Assembly: GCA_039190745.1 (NCBI GenBank)
Contig: JBCCXZ010000008.1
Coordinates: 1-64,000, forward strand
Length of the DNA stretch: 64,000 nt
Direction of reading: 5' to 3'
Source of the DNA: Planctomycetota bacterium
GTDB taxonomy: Bacteria > Planctomycetota > Planctomycetia > Pirellulales > Lacipirellulaceae
Positions 17,230-28,552 of the stretch are shown in pieces; the stretch's first letter is position 1; each line of letters starts with the position of its first letter. The position numbers were made by a program, and so were the translations under genes. Below the pieces are notes generated by a model. That model was not told the origin of the DNA and did not search any database. It saw only the letters and a program-made list of their open reading frames with translations.

Positions 17230-18168
17230 ATGCTCATCCCGCCGCCACTGAGCCCCGGCGACGCCGTCGCCTTCATCGCCCCCGCCGGCCCGTTCGACCC
17301 GCCGCCCATCGAACGCGCCACCGCCGCCTTCGAGGCCCGCGGCTACCGCATCAAAACCTACGGAGACCTCTACCGCCGGCACGGCTACCTCGCTGGAACT
17401 GACCAACAGCGCCTCGACGAACTGAACGCCGCCGTCCGCGATCCGGACACCCGGGCGATCCTCCCGGCACGCGGCGGCTACGGCTGCGGCCGGCTGCTCG
17501 ACGACATCGACTACGCCGCCGCCGCTGCCGACCCCAAACGCTGGATCGGCTTCAGCGACGTCACCGCCCTGCACACCGCCCTCTGGGCCAAGTGCCGGCT
17601 CGTCACCTTCCACGGCCCGCACCCTAAAGACGGCCTCGGCCGCGAAGACGGACTGCCCCCAGCCGCGGAAGCTGCCTACTGGCGTGCGTTAGAAGCCGCC
17701 CCCGAAGGAAATCTTCTGCCGCCAGACCTGGTGGATTCAACAACCACCCGCACGCCCGGCGTCGCCGAAGGCCAACTCTTCGGCGGCAACGTCGCAGTGC
17801 TCGCATCGCTCCTGGGCACGCCCTACGCAGTCGACACCACCGACGCCATCCTCCTGCTGGAAGACGTCGGCGAGCGCCCCTACCGCATCGACCGCTTCCT
17901 GCTCCAGCTCCGGCAAACCGGCAAGCTCGACTCCGTCCGCGGCATCGTCCTCGGCTACTTCACCGACTGCGGGCCCGAAGAAGACGAAGACAGCCTCAGC
18001 CTCGAGCAGGTCTTGGCCGACTACATCGACCCGCTCGGCGTCCCCGTCCTCCAGGGTTTCCCCGCCGGGCACGAATCGCCCAACCTCGCGCTCCCCTTGG
18101 GCGTCCCCGTGCGGCTCGACGCAGACTCCCGGTCGCTCACCGCCCTGCCGGCCGCGCCCCCAGCCTAG
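17230..18168 (+). CDS. ldcA: S66 family LD-carboxypeptidase
   Basis: ARGGYG, GFSDVTALH (catalytic Ser), GGNV, LEDVGERPYRIDR (Glu), GHESPN (His). Confidence 0.9.
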   Translation: MLIPPPLSPGDAVAFIAPAGPFDPPPIERATAAFEARGYRIKTYGDLYRRHGYLAGTDQQRLDELNAAVRDPDTRAILPARGGYGCGRLLDDIDYAAAAADPKRWIGFSDVTALHTALWAKCRLVTFHGPHPKDGLGREDGLPPAAEAAYWRALEAAPEGNLLPPDLVDSTTTRTPGVAEGQLFGGNVAVLASLLGTPYAVDTTDAILLLEDVGERPYRIDRFLLQLRQTGKLDSVRGIVLGYFTDCGPEEDEDSLSLEQVLADYIDPLGVPVLQGFPAGHESPNLALPLGVPVRLDADSRSLTALPAAPPA

Positions 18169-18267
18169 CGATCGGGTAGAATCCCCTCCTCGGGGCGAAC
18201 CCGTCCGCGGCCTAGCGTGTCCTGCGGCCGGCGACACGGATCGGACTCTTTCTCTCAAGGCGCAACC

Positions 18268-19776
18268 ATGCAGACGGCCACGGACGCCACCGCTGCACCC
18301 GCCGCCGCCGCTGCAGCCGAAGAGAATCGCTCCTGGTGGACCCGCCCCGCCGGCGGCCGCGAAGTGATGGTCGTCGCCACCCCGCTGGTGGTCTCCACGC
18401 TCTCGTGGACCATCATGACCTTCGTCGACCGGATGTTCCTCGCCCAAGTCTCCGGCGAGTCGATGTCCGCGGCCTTTACCGGCGGCACGGTCTGGTTCGC
18501 GTTCCTCTCGATCGCCCTGGGCACCTGCTCCTACACCAACACCTTCGTCGCCCAGTACCACGGCGGCCGTCGCCGCAAGCGCATCGGCCCCGCCGTCTGG
18601 GCCGGCGTGTGGATCGCCCTGCTCTGCTCGCCGCTGGCGCTCGCGATGACGCTGCTCGCCGAGCCGGTCTTCCGCCTCGCCAAGCACCCGCCCAGCCTCG
18701 AAGCGCTCGAGATCAGCTACTTCAGCATCATCTGCTACGGCGGCCCCGCCCTACTGCTAGGCGCCTCGCTCAGCGCTTTCTACTCAGGCCGCGGACGCAC
18801 CGACATCGTCATGTGGGTCGACGGCGCCTTCGCCCTCGTCAACCTCGTGCTCGACTACCTGCTCATCTTCGGCAAGTTCGGCCTGCCCGAGATGGGCATC
18901 GAGGGCGCCGCCTGGGGCACCGCCATCGCTATGTGGCTGAAAGCCGCCACATTCGCCGTCATGGTCTTCGGCTACCGCAACCGCCGACTCTACAACACCG
19001 GCGACTACCGCGGCGGCTGGGAACTGCTCGGCCGCCTCACCCGCTTCGGCCTGCCCGGCGGCCTGCAGATGATGCTCGACGTCGCCGGCTTCTCCATCTT
19101 CATCCTGCTGGTAAGCCGCCTCGGCGAGCTCGAGGCCGAGGCGACCGGCATGGCCTTCAGCATCAGCTCCGTCGCGTTCATGCCCGCCTGGGGCCTAGGC
19201 ATGGCCGCCGGCATCCTCGTCGGCCAGCACCTCGGCGAGAACCGCGACGACCTCGCCGCCCGCGCCACCTGGACCACGCTCACCTTCTCGCTCGGCTACA
19301 TGGGGTTCGTCTCTGCGCTCTACGTGCTCTTCCCGTCGATGTTCCTCGTCGGCTTCTTCCGCGAGGGGGGCGACGAGGCGTACCGCCAGCAGGTGTGGGA
19401 CACCGGCGTGGTGCTCCTCCGCTTCATCGCCGCCTACAACCTGCTCGACGCAGCCGCCATGGTATTTATCAACGCGCTCAAAGGCGCCGGCGACACGCGG
19501 TTCATCTCCGCGGTGAGCCTGGTGCTGGCCAGCTGCATGGCCGCCGCCACCTGGATCGCGGTCGAGCCGTTAGGCCGGGGCATCTACACCTGCTGGACCC
19601 TCATCGCCGCCTGGGTCTGGCTGCAAGGCTTCGTCTTCCTCCTCCGCTTCCTCGGCGGCAAGTGGCGCAGCATGCGGGTGGTCGAGCCGGAGGTGGCGGG
19701 CGAGGGGCCCGACGAACCCGCCGAGCCGGCGATGGAGATTGACGCCCCGCAGCCGATTACCGTTGCGGAAGCGTAG
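18268..19776 (+). CDS. MATE family efflux transporter
   Basis: FVDRMFL, NLVLDYLLIFGKFGLPEMGIEGAAWGT, ALKGAGDTRF; about 12 hydrophobic segments. Confidence 0.92.
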   Translation: MQTATDATAAPAAAAAAEENRSWWTRPAGGREVMVVATPLVVSTLSWTIMTFVDRMFLAQVSGESMSAAFTGGTVWFAFLSIALGTCSYTNTFVAQYHGGRRRKRIGPAVWAGVWIALLCSPLALAMTLLAEPVFRLAKHPPSLEALEISYFSIICYGGPALLLGASLSAFYSGRGRTDIVMWVDGAFALVNLVLDYLLIFGKFGLPEMGIEGAAWGTAIAMWLKAATFAVMVFGYRNRRLYNTGDYRGGWELLGRLTRFGLPGGLQMMLDVAGFSIFILLVSRLGELEAEATGMAFSISSVAFMPAWGLGMAAGILVGQHLGENRDDLAARATWTTLTFSLGYMGFVSALYVLFPSMFLVGFFREGGDEAYRQQVWDTGVVLLRFIAAYNLLDAAAMVFINALKGAGDTRFISAVSLVLASCMAAATWIAVEPLGRGIYTCWTLIAAWVWLQGFVFLLRFLGGKWRSMRVVEPEVAGEGPDEPAEPAMEIDAPQPITVAEA

Positions 19777-19795
19777 CAACAGTATACGGTGGCGT

Positions 19796-21430
19796 TCAGG
19801 GGTGAGGTCGAAGACCTCTATTCGACGTCGCAAAGAACAGCAGCAGCGCCCAAAGACAACCTGTGCTAGGCTCCGGAATCGCCGTATCGAACACAAAGAC
19901 GCCGTCAGTGCCGTCAGTGAATCCAAGCGTTACCACCAATTCGCCAGAATCATTGAACTTAGTGGCTGTGCTCCATGGGTCTCGCCATCCCGCGTCGGAG
20001 ACGGTTTCCACTATCTTTTGGGTAGTCGAGTGAGTACTCGAACGGACATTGATCACGTCACCTTCCTTAACAATCAGTCGCAGTTGGCCTTCTGGTGAGG
20101 TTGCCCAGATCCCAAAGCGATTTAATGGATCGTTCCAGGCCGGCCCCGACAATCCTTGGACAACCACTTGGCCTGCATTGTTCATCAAGCCGCCAACAAC
20201 ACGTATGAACGGGTAGCCCGTGCCAGGCGCTAGATCGCCCTGTCGAGCCACGAGCCTGAGAGCCTCGTCGCTCCAATGCCACACGCTACCGAGATTCTCC
20301 CTGGTGACTTCCTCTCCATCCAATGTGGCAAAAAACGTAGCGTTACCGTTATCGTCAAAATCAGTGAGGCTGAGCGGAAACGTTGCAGACAAGGGACTAT
20401 CTGCAAAGCTGACCCCTTCCAGCCCGGGTGCTTCGTCTCCAAGTCGAACAACTAGATTCATCTCGTATTGGTTACCGACCCAGATACCTTGATTACTTCC
20501 TTCCGTTACTCCTTCACCGTAGATGTAGCTTGGGAACGCAACCTGGCCTTGGGCATTCAAGAAATGAAAGTGATTCAGGGATCCGAAGAATGCACCTGTC
20601 GCCCCAGGAGCGAAGTCACCTATTTTGACGATTTCCTCCCAATCCCCATCCCGCTGTAGAATGAGTGCACCTTCACGAATTGGTGAGCGACGGTCTGGCC
20701 CGGGCAACCAGTAGTTGATCATTACAGACAAATCGCCAACGCGATTCGTCTCAAACTTCCCGATGGCCGAAATGGTAGAATTGGGTGCAGTTGGAGCACC
20801 ATCACTCCTTCGCCACACAGTCTCTGAAGACGCACCATCGTATACCCAGATCACCTCATCGGAACGGCTGCCTTCGACGTTCTCTATGTCGCCGCTATAA
20901 AACGTAACCCCATTCCCAGCAGTAGCGAAACTCTGGTTGTAGAGGTCGTCAATTACCATTCCTGGTGACCCCGGGGCCTCAAGCCCTAATCTTGAGATCG
21001 TTGAGGTGACTCCTTCGGAATGCGAAAAGACACCAAACCCAAGAGAAGTAGTTGGGTGAGCACTAGCGTTGAAGACAACCTTCTCGCTGTCTGTGAAGTC
21101 GAACCTATCACCCCAGTCATTCAGTCCAAACGACATCTCGGGAGCATCGGGTTGAGGACTGCCCTGGGCTACGACAAGCCTGAAGGAATCATCAGCGCCA
21201 GCACCCTCCATCCAAATACCGTCCGCACCAAACTCTGCCCCGCCAGACACATTGCCTGAGAAGGCAACAACCCCAGAGTTGTTGATCCGTGCGGCTGACA
21301 GGGACTCAAAGACCTGCCCGTCGAATCCGGTTGCAGCGTCTCCTGAAACAGCCACGGCGCGATAGGGAATCGCATCTACCTCGCTTGGGCTAAAAAGCAA
21401 GAATATCAATGCTGCTAGAGGCCTTCGCAT
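19796..21430 (-). CDS. PEP-CTERM surface protein with NxxGxxAF-type beta-propeller-like repeats
   Basis: Signal peptide MRRPLAALIFLLF; repeats INNSGVVAF, LNAQGQVAF, NNAGQVVV, FNDSGELVV; C-terminal IPEPSTGCLWALLLFF plus basic tail. Visibly lower GC than its flanks. Confidence 0.85.
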   Translation of the reverse strand: MRRPLAALIFLLFSPSEVDAIPYRAVAVSGDAATGFDGQVFESLSAARINNSGVVAFSGNVSGGAEFGADGIWMEGAGADDSFRLVVAQGSPQPDAPEMSFGLNDWGDRFDFTDSEKVVFNASAHPTTSLGFGVFSHSEGVTSTISRLGLEAPGSPGMVIDDLYNQSFATAGNGVTFYSGDIENVEGSRSDEVIWVYDGASSETVWRRSDGAPTAPNSTISAIGKFETNRVGDLSVMINYWLPGPDRRSPIREGALILQRDGDWEEIVKIGDFAPGATGAFFGSLNHFHFLNAQGQVAFPSYIYGEGVTEGSNQGIWVGNQYEMNLVVRLGDEAPGLEGVSFADSPLSATFPLSLTDFDDNGNATFFATLDGEEVTRENLGSVWHWSDEALRLVARQGDLAPGTGYPFIRVVGGLMNNAGQVVVQGLSGPAWNDPLNRFGIWATSPEGQLRLIVKEGDVINVRSSTHSTTQKIVETVSDAGWRDPWSTATKFNDSGELVVTLGFTDGTDGVFVFDTAIPEPSTGCLWALLLFFATSNRGLRPHP

Positions 21431-21664
21431 CGCAACCTGGGGGGGTAGGTTCGCGGGAGGTGGCGTACCGCTACGGTTGCAGAGATTAGCGGCTTGTGGC
21501 GTGCAGCCAAAGACCAACTGCCCGGTGCCATTGCCACGCTTGCGAGGCAATGCAGAATACCAATCCGCTGCCCGAATAGCGACAGCCGACCCAAGCCCGG
21601 CGCCATGGCCAAGCTCGCGTGAAGGTACCCGGGAACTGAGCTTGCACGCGACGCCCTAGGAATG

Positions 21665-21954
21665 GCCCCGGAGGGGCCACGGCGTGTAGCCCGGGGCAAG
21701 GACCGCGGGAGCGCAGCGAACCGGGCCGCAGCCCCGGGTTACCGAGAGATTCTTGCCGCGGCCGAGCAGTTGACGCGATTGCGCTCGGCGCATGGCCGAG
21801 GCCGGAGCCGTCCTCGGATTGGTTGCGTCCTCGGCAAAGCACCGTCTGCGGCGGCGTCCGACACTCGGACGCGGTGCTTTGCAAACCTCAACCCGGGGCT
21901 GCGACTGCCTGCGGCAGTCTTACCCCGGGCTACACGCTATCGCCCCTCCGGGGC
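21665..21954. mobile_element. MITE/REP-doublet-like element with ~30 bp terminal inverted repeats
   Basis: GCCCCGGAGGGGCCACGGCGTGTAGCCCGGGG ... CCCCGGGCTACACGCTATCGCCCCTCCGGGGC, with an inner GCAGCCCCGGGT/ACCCCGGGGCTGC-like pair. No credible ORF. Confidence 0.75.
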
Positions 21955-22017
21955 TTCTTTCAGGGCATGGCAGTGCCGGATGCCAAGCTTCCGCCGCATG
22001 AGAGATTCTTGCCGGGG

Positions 22018-22460
22018 TTTCTTGTAGAAAATGGCCAACTGATCGGGTATACAGGTACCCGCCCTCAGCAACCGCTCTTTGAAAACTCAGCAGTCAGCCG
22101 TCAGCCCTGAGCCAGACGACGGCCGCACTCTCTTTGCGCCTCTGCGTCTCTGCGTGACACCCTTTCCGTCCCCAGAAGCCGCAGAGCCGCACGCAAAACC
22201 CGCCCCCGTTCTGTCCACCTCAGAGCGGCCGCGAACCAGCAAACGCAGCCACAGACGCAGCAAGCAGCGGTCAAAAGAAAGCGACTTCTGCAAACGGCGC
22301 CACGCCAAAACTCCAGTAGTTCTGTCCGCCCGCAAATAGCCGCGACTCTACGAGTCGCTGGGGAACCCCAGGCCCGCGCCGCGGAGAACTCCGCCCCGCC
22401 CGACAGAACGACCCGCTTCTGTCCCCGCGGCGCGATTCCCGTCCAAGCGGGTCAAAAAAC
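22018..22460 (+). repeat. Dispersed structured repeat family, copy A (candidate ncRNA or non-autonomous element)
   Basis: Head TTTCTTGTAGAAAATGGCC (22018-22036), core GTCCGCCCGCAAATAGCCGCGACTCTACGAGTCGCTGG (22324-22361), terminal hairpin GACCCGCTT/AAGCGGGTC followed by AAAAAAC. Confidence 0.65.
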
Positions 22461-22580
22461 ATGGGAGACGGGTGGCACCGACTGTCGGCCGCAGGCCGCG
22501 ATGCTTCCGGGCAGACTCAATCGGCCGATTGTCGGTGTGCGAAGCACAGGAGGCAATCAAGCAAGCCCGCGAGCCGGCGC

Positions 22581-23489
22581 TCAGAAAGCATCCGCCGCCC
22601 GGTAGGCATCGATGACGGCCCGCTCGCCCTTCTTGCCCGGCAGCGAGTTCCCGTGCTCCATCCCCACGACGCCGTCAAACCCCTTCCCGTGCAGGTGCTT
22701 GAACACGTTGCGGTAGTTGATCTCCCCCGTCCCCGGCTCCTTGCGTCCCGGGTTGTCGCCCACCTGCACGTAGGCCACCTCGCTCCACGCCATGTCGAAG
22801 TTGGGGATGAGGTTCCCCTCCTCGATCTGCTGGTGGTACACGTCGAACAGGATTTTTACTGAGGGACTATCAACCGCACGGCAAATCTCGTAAGCCTGCG
22901 GGATCTTGTGCAGGAACATCCCCGCGTGGTTCGTCCACCAGTTCAACGGCTCGAGCACCAGCACCAGCCCCGCCGGCTCGGCGATCTCAGCGCACCGCCG
23001 CAGGAGTTCCACACAGTTGGCGGTCTGGTATCCCCACTCTTTCGAGCGGTCGTAGAAGCCCGGCACGAGCGTCGCCCACTTCGCGTTCACCCGCTTGGCG
23101 ACCTCCACGCTCGCCCGCACGTCGTCGAGCACCTTCTCACGCAAGCCCTCGTCGCTGCCGGCGAAGTCGATCTCCTGGCTGTACCGCACCACAAACACGC
23201 CCATCCGCATCCCCAGCCGTTCCATCGCCTTCGCGATGCGGTTGTGGTCGTCGACGCTCCGCCGGCGCATGTTGTTGTCTTCCCACGCGGTGAAGCCCTG
23301 CTCGGCCGCGAACTCAAGCTGCGCGACCGGGTCTTCACCCGCCGACTGCTGGAACATCCCGAAGTGCGGCGCGTAGTGCAGCTTAAAGGGCTTCGCCGCC
23401 GCCTGCTCCGCAGCCGAAACCGCGGCCGAAGCCGCCAAGGCGCCTACGCCCGCCGCCGCACCCACTTTCATCGCGTCTCTACGGATCAT
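22581..23489 (-). CDS. Hydroxypyruvate isomerase-like (AP endonuclease 2/xylose isomerase-like TIM barrel) protein with Tat signal
   Basis: MIRRDAMK... twin-arginine leader; LVLEPLN, KILFDVYHQQIEEGNL, VQVGDNPGRKEPGTGEINY, VGMEH. Confidence 0.88.
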   Translation of the reverse strand: MIRRDAMKVGAAAGVGALAASAAVSAAEQAAAKPFKLHYAPHFGMFQQSAGEDPVAQLEFAAEQGFTAWEDNNMRRRSVDDHNRIAKAMERLGMRMGVFVVRYSQEIDFAGSDEGLREKVLDDVRASVEVAKRVNAKWATLVPGFYDRSKEWGYQTANCVELLRRCAEIAEPAGLVLVLEPLNWWTNHAGMFLHKIPQAYEICRAVDSPSVKILFDVYHQQIEEGNLIPNFDMAWSEVAYVQVGDNPGRKEPGTGEINYRNVFKHLHGKGFDGVVGMEHGNSLPGKKGERAVIDAYRAADAF

Positions 23490-23530
23490 CACCACCGCCC
23501 CCCTTGTGAAGCCCCAACCAGCCGCGTCCG

Positions 23531-25066
23531 CTAGACGTCGAACTTGATGCCCTGCGCCAGCGGCAGCTCGTCGGAGTAGTTGATCGTGTTGGTCGTCCGC
23601 CGCATGTACTGCTTCCACGAGTCGCTGCCCGACTCGCGGCCGCCGCCGGTCTCCTTCTCCCCGCCGAAAGCGCCGCCGATCTCGGCGCCGCTCGTGCCGA
23701 TGTTCACGTTCACGATGCCGCAGTCCGAACCGGCCGGCGAGCAGAACCGCTCCGCCTCCTGCATGTCGGTCGTTAGGATAGCCGACGCGAGCCCCTGGGG
23801 CACGCTGTTGTGCAACTCGATCGCGTCCCCGAGGTCGCTGTAGCGGATCAGGTACAGGATCGGGGCGAACGTCTCCTTCTGCACCACGCCAGCCGAACCG
23901 TCGATCTCCACGATCGCCGGCCGCACGTACACGCCGCCCGGCACGCCCTCGGTCACCCGGCCCCCGCCGTGGACCGTGCCGCCCTGCTCCTGCGCCTCGG
24001 CGAGCGTCGCGTCCATCGCCTCGCCCGCCGCGGCGTCGATCAGCGGCCCGACCAGCGTGCCGGCGGCCGTCGGGTCTCCGATCGGCAGCTTCTCATAGAC
24101 TTGCAGCAAGCGTTCTTTCAACTGATCGGCCAGCGAATCATGCACAATCAGCCGCCGCAGCGACGTGCACCGCTGCCCGCATGTGCCGACCGCGGCGAAC
24201 ACGATCGACCGCACCGCCAGTTCCATGTCGGCCGACGGCGTGACGATCAGCCCGTTGTTGCCGCCCAACTCCAAGAGCGACCGGCCCAGCCGGGCCGCCA
24301 CGGTCTGCGCCACCGCGCGGCCCATCGGGATCGAACCGGTCGCCGAAATCAGCGGCAGCTTCGGCGAGGCCGCCAGCCGCTGCCCCACGTCGGCGCCGCC
24401 GACCACCACGCTGGAGATTGCCGCCAGCACGCCCTCGGTCTCGTTCACCGTTTTCAGGAACAGGCTCTGGCAAGCCAGCGCCGTCAGCGGCGTCTTCTCC
24501 GAGGGCTTCCACACCAGCGTGTCGCCGCAGACCCAGGCGATCGCCGCGTTCCAAGCCCACACCGCGACGGGGAAGTTGAACGCGCTGATCACGCCGATCG
24601 GCCCCAGCGGGTGCCACTGCTCCATCAGCCGGTGCCCGGGACGCTCGCTGGCGATCGTCTTGCCGTAGAGCTGCCGGCTCAGGCCGACCGCGAAGTCGCA
24701 GATGTCGATCATCTCCTGCACCTCGCCGAGCGACTCCTGCAGGATCTTGCCCGCCTCCCAACTCACCAGCAGGCCCAGGTCGTCCTTGTGCTCGCGGAGC
24801 TTCTCGCCGAACCGCCGAACGAACTCGCCGCGGACCGGCGCGGGCACGCTCCGCCACTCGCGGAAGGCCGCGGCCGCCGCGTCGATCGCGCTGTCCACCT
24901 GCTCGGGCGTGGCCAGCTTCAGGGTCGCCAACGGCTCGCCGTCGATCGGCGAAAGCACCGTGTGCTCTGCGCCTTCGCCCGCGGCCCAGCGATCGGCCTC
25001 CGCCACCGCCAACGCGGGCGTCGGCACGCCCAGTTTCTTCAGTGCCGACTCGACCTGATCGTTCAT
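23531..25066 (-). CDS. amaB: Aldehyde dehydrogenase family 7 (piperideine-6-carboxylate/alpha-aminoadipate semialdehyde dehydrogenase)
   Basis: GEVQEMIDICDFAVGLSRQLYG, ASERPGH, LELGGNN, GTCGQRCT, GTSGAEIGGAFGGEKETGGGRESGSDSWKQYMRR, LPLAQGIKF: ALDH7 signatures. Confidence 0.9.
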   Translation of the reverse strand: MNDQVESALKKLGVPTPALAVAEADRWAAGEGAEHTVLSPIDGEPLATLKLATPEQVDSAIDAAAAAFREWRSVPAPVRGEFVRRFGEKLREHKDDLGLLVSWEAGKILQESLGEVQEMIDICDFAVGLSRQLYGKTIASERPGHRLMEQWHPLGPIGVISAFNFPVAVWAWNAAIAWVCGDTLVWKPSEKTPLTALACQSLFLKTVNETEGVLAAISSVVVGGADVGQRLAASPKLPLISATGSIPMGRAVAQTVAARLGRSLLELGGNNGLIVTPSADMELAVRSIVFAAVGTCGQRCTSLRRLIVHDSLADQLKERLLQVYEKLPIGDPTAAGTLVGPLIDAAAGEAMDATLAEAQEQGGTVHGGGRVTEGVPGGVYVRPAIVEIDGSAGVVQKETFAPILYLIRYSDLGDAIELHNSVPQGLASAILTTDMQEAERFCSPAGSDCGIVNVNIGTSGAEIGGAFGGEKETGGGRESGSDSWKQYMRRTTNTINYSDELPLAQGIKFDV

Positions 25067-25317
25067 CTTTCTCTACTCGCCGTTGGGTGTGTGAAATGCA
25101 GGCGGGGTGCGTTGTGCCACCACGCCGGTCTCTGTTTTGCGGTCTCCGGTCGCCGCTACGCGCAGCTTTCTCCGGCCCGGCAGCAACACCAATTGAGCCC
25201 CGGGGAGCGTTATGTTTCACTAGCTCGTAGAGGGCTGTCAACCAGACGCAAATGCGTTTGCCTTCCCCGCAGCCCAGCCCGTCCATTGTGCCTTTCGTTA
25301 CGCGTGGAAACCCGACC

Positions 25318-26691
<1,374 letters not shown>

Positions 26692-26713
26692 GCGCAACCT
26701 TCTTGGCGGCTCT

Positions 26714-27160
26714 TCAGAACGCCAGCCGCAGTAATTCCTCACCCTCCTCGACCTCGCCCGTCGCCTCGAAACCCAGCTTCTCGTAGAACCTACGCGCATT
26801 CCCTTCGCGGGGAATGACACTGGTCATGAGGCACGACGCGCCCGGCTTCTGCCGTACGCGCTCAATCACCTGAAGCAGCGCGTCGCGGCCCAGCCCGCGC
26901 CCCTGGTGCCGCACGTCGATCATAAACCGCCACAAGAAGTACTCCGGCTTCGCCTCGTCCTCGCTCAGCATCACGAAGCCGACCGCTTCACCCCCGGCGT
27001 AGATCGCCCGGAACCAGGCCAGATCGGAGTAATGCCCCTGCGCGATCGAGGCGGCGTTCGACGCGACCAACCGCTTCTGGGTCTCGTGAACCGAAAGCCG
27101 GAGGACGTCGATCAGGTTGTCCTCGGTGATCTCACACAGCTCGGTTTGGTAAACCGCCAT
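26714..27160 (-). CDS. GNAT N-acetyltransferase (BltD/spermidine acetyltransferase-like)
   Basis: LVASNAASIAQ, LWRFMIDVRHQGRGLG (acetyl-CoA motif A), NARRFYEKLGF. Confidence 0.85.
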   Translation of the reverse strand: MAVYQTELCEITEDNLIDVLRLSVHETQKRLVASNAASIAQGHYSDLAWFRAIYAGGEAVGFVMLSEDEAKPEYFLWRFMIDVRHQGRGLGRDALLQVIERVRQKPGASCLMTSVIPREGNARRFYEKLGFEATGEVEEGEELLRLAF

Positions 27161-27225
27161 GCTACCTTACCTCAGGATGGGCCGTGATTCGCGCATAGCG
27201 AAGACACACTTGGCCTAAAGCGGGT

Positions 27226-28344
27226 TCACCCAAATCGCACGGCAGACAGAAAACCAATCGGCAAATCTGTCCCGCCATCGATCGCCAACCCCACCAACGC
27301 CTCCCCCAACACCGGCGCAAACTTGAAGCCGTGCCCCGACAGCCCCGCCGCGATGGCCACGTTCGGCTCGCCTGGCAGACGGTCTACCACGAAGTGGCCG
27401 TCGGCAGTCATCGTGTACATGCACACCGCGTGATCGGCAAACGCCTCGCACGCCGCCGGCAAGCACTCTTGGCGGAAGGCGTCGACCCGCCCTAACTCCT
27501 CGGTGTCCAGCCCCCGGTCGATCGTCGACGGGTCCGCCACTTCGACGCCGCCCGAATGCTCCGCCAGTTTGAACCCGCGGCCGTCGAGCGGTTTCGTGCC
27601 GTAGTAATGCCCCTCGGGCGTCTCGAACAGGAACACCGAGGGCACTGAGGACTCTTCGAAACCCTCGGAGGCGGCGCACCAATGCAAGGGCTTCCGCTGC
27701 ACCTCCAAGGGTGTGCCTAAAGACGCGAGCAGTTCTCCCGCCCAGGGCCCCGCCGCGATCACCGCCGCCTTCGCGCTCCGATCACCCGCCTCGGTCTCAA
27801 TCACGACCGTCTGCCCCGGGCGCCAGCCGTTCACGACAACACCGGTCTCGATCTCCGCACCAAACTGCTTCGCGATCTCAAGGTGCGCCGCAACGCAGTC
27901 TTCCACGAGGAGGTACCCTGCCTTCGGCTCGAATGCCCCGACCGACCCCTCCGCCACCCGGATGCCCGGCCAACGCCGCAACACTTCTTCCCGGCTCAGC
28001 TGTTCGATGGCCAAACCGTGCAACCCTGCCGCGTGCAGCACTCCCGAAACCACCTCGCCCTCAGGAGGGCCGACCTGGAGCAACCCGGATTGGAAGAACA
28101 GTCGCCGGCCCGTCTCGGCCTCCAGCTCCGCCCACAGCCGGTACGCCTCCACCGCGAGCGGCACGTAATCGGGGTGTTCAAAGTAAGCCTGACGAATAAT
28201 CCGCGAGTGCCCGTGCGAACTGCCCATGCCGTGCGGGGGCTCGAATCGGTCGATCCCCAGCACCCGCAGCCCACGCCGAGCCGCCGCGGCCAGCGCCGCG
28301 CTCCCAACGCCGCCCAGCCCTACCACAATCAGGTCGTAGTCCAT
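27226..28344 (-). CDS. solA: Monomeric sarcosine oxidase / N-methyltryptophan oxidase / pipecolate oxidase family flavoprotein
   Basis: VVGLGGVG (FAD), GSSHGHSRIIRQAYFEHPDY, CMYTMTADGHF (covalent-FAD Cys), GLSGHGFKF. Confidence 0.88.
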   Translation of the reverse strand: MDYDLIVVGLGGVGSAALAAAARRGLRVLGIDRFEPPHGMGSSHGHSRIIRQAYFEHPDYVPLAVEAYRLWAELEAETGRRLFFQSGLLQVGPPEGEVVSGVLHAAGLHGLAIEQLSREEVLRRWPGIRVAEGSVGAFEPKAGYLLVEDCVAAHLEIAKQFGAEIETGVVVNGWRPGQTVVIETEAGDRSAKAAVIAAGPWAGELLASLGTPLEVQRKPLHWCAASEGFEESSVPSVFLFETPEGHYYGTKPLDGRGFKLAEHSGGVEVADPSTIDRGLDTEELGRVDAFRQECLPAACEAFADHAVCMYTMTADGHFVVDRLPGEPNVAIAAGLSGHGFKFAPVLGEALVGLAIDGGTDLPIGFLSAVRFG

Positions 28345-28552
28345 GGTCTGCGTCGCGTTTCCCGCGGTTTATTCCGCCTCGTCTCACCGCGTAGCCGACG
28401 AAGCCGATGTTGAGCCGTCCCAACGATTTGGGTAATTTACGTGCAACCCGCAAAGTGCGTAGCCGGACCCCGCCGGCCAGCACCAGCCGGGGCCTCTCCG
28501 GAGGGCCTCGTCGCCCTTTCGTTACGATCGATTCTCGCAAGGACGCGAACCC

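Noticed and set aside
22074..22090. rRNA boxA-like GCTCTTTGAAAACT
   Set aside because: No rRNA or tRNA follows; treated as part of repeat copy A.
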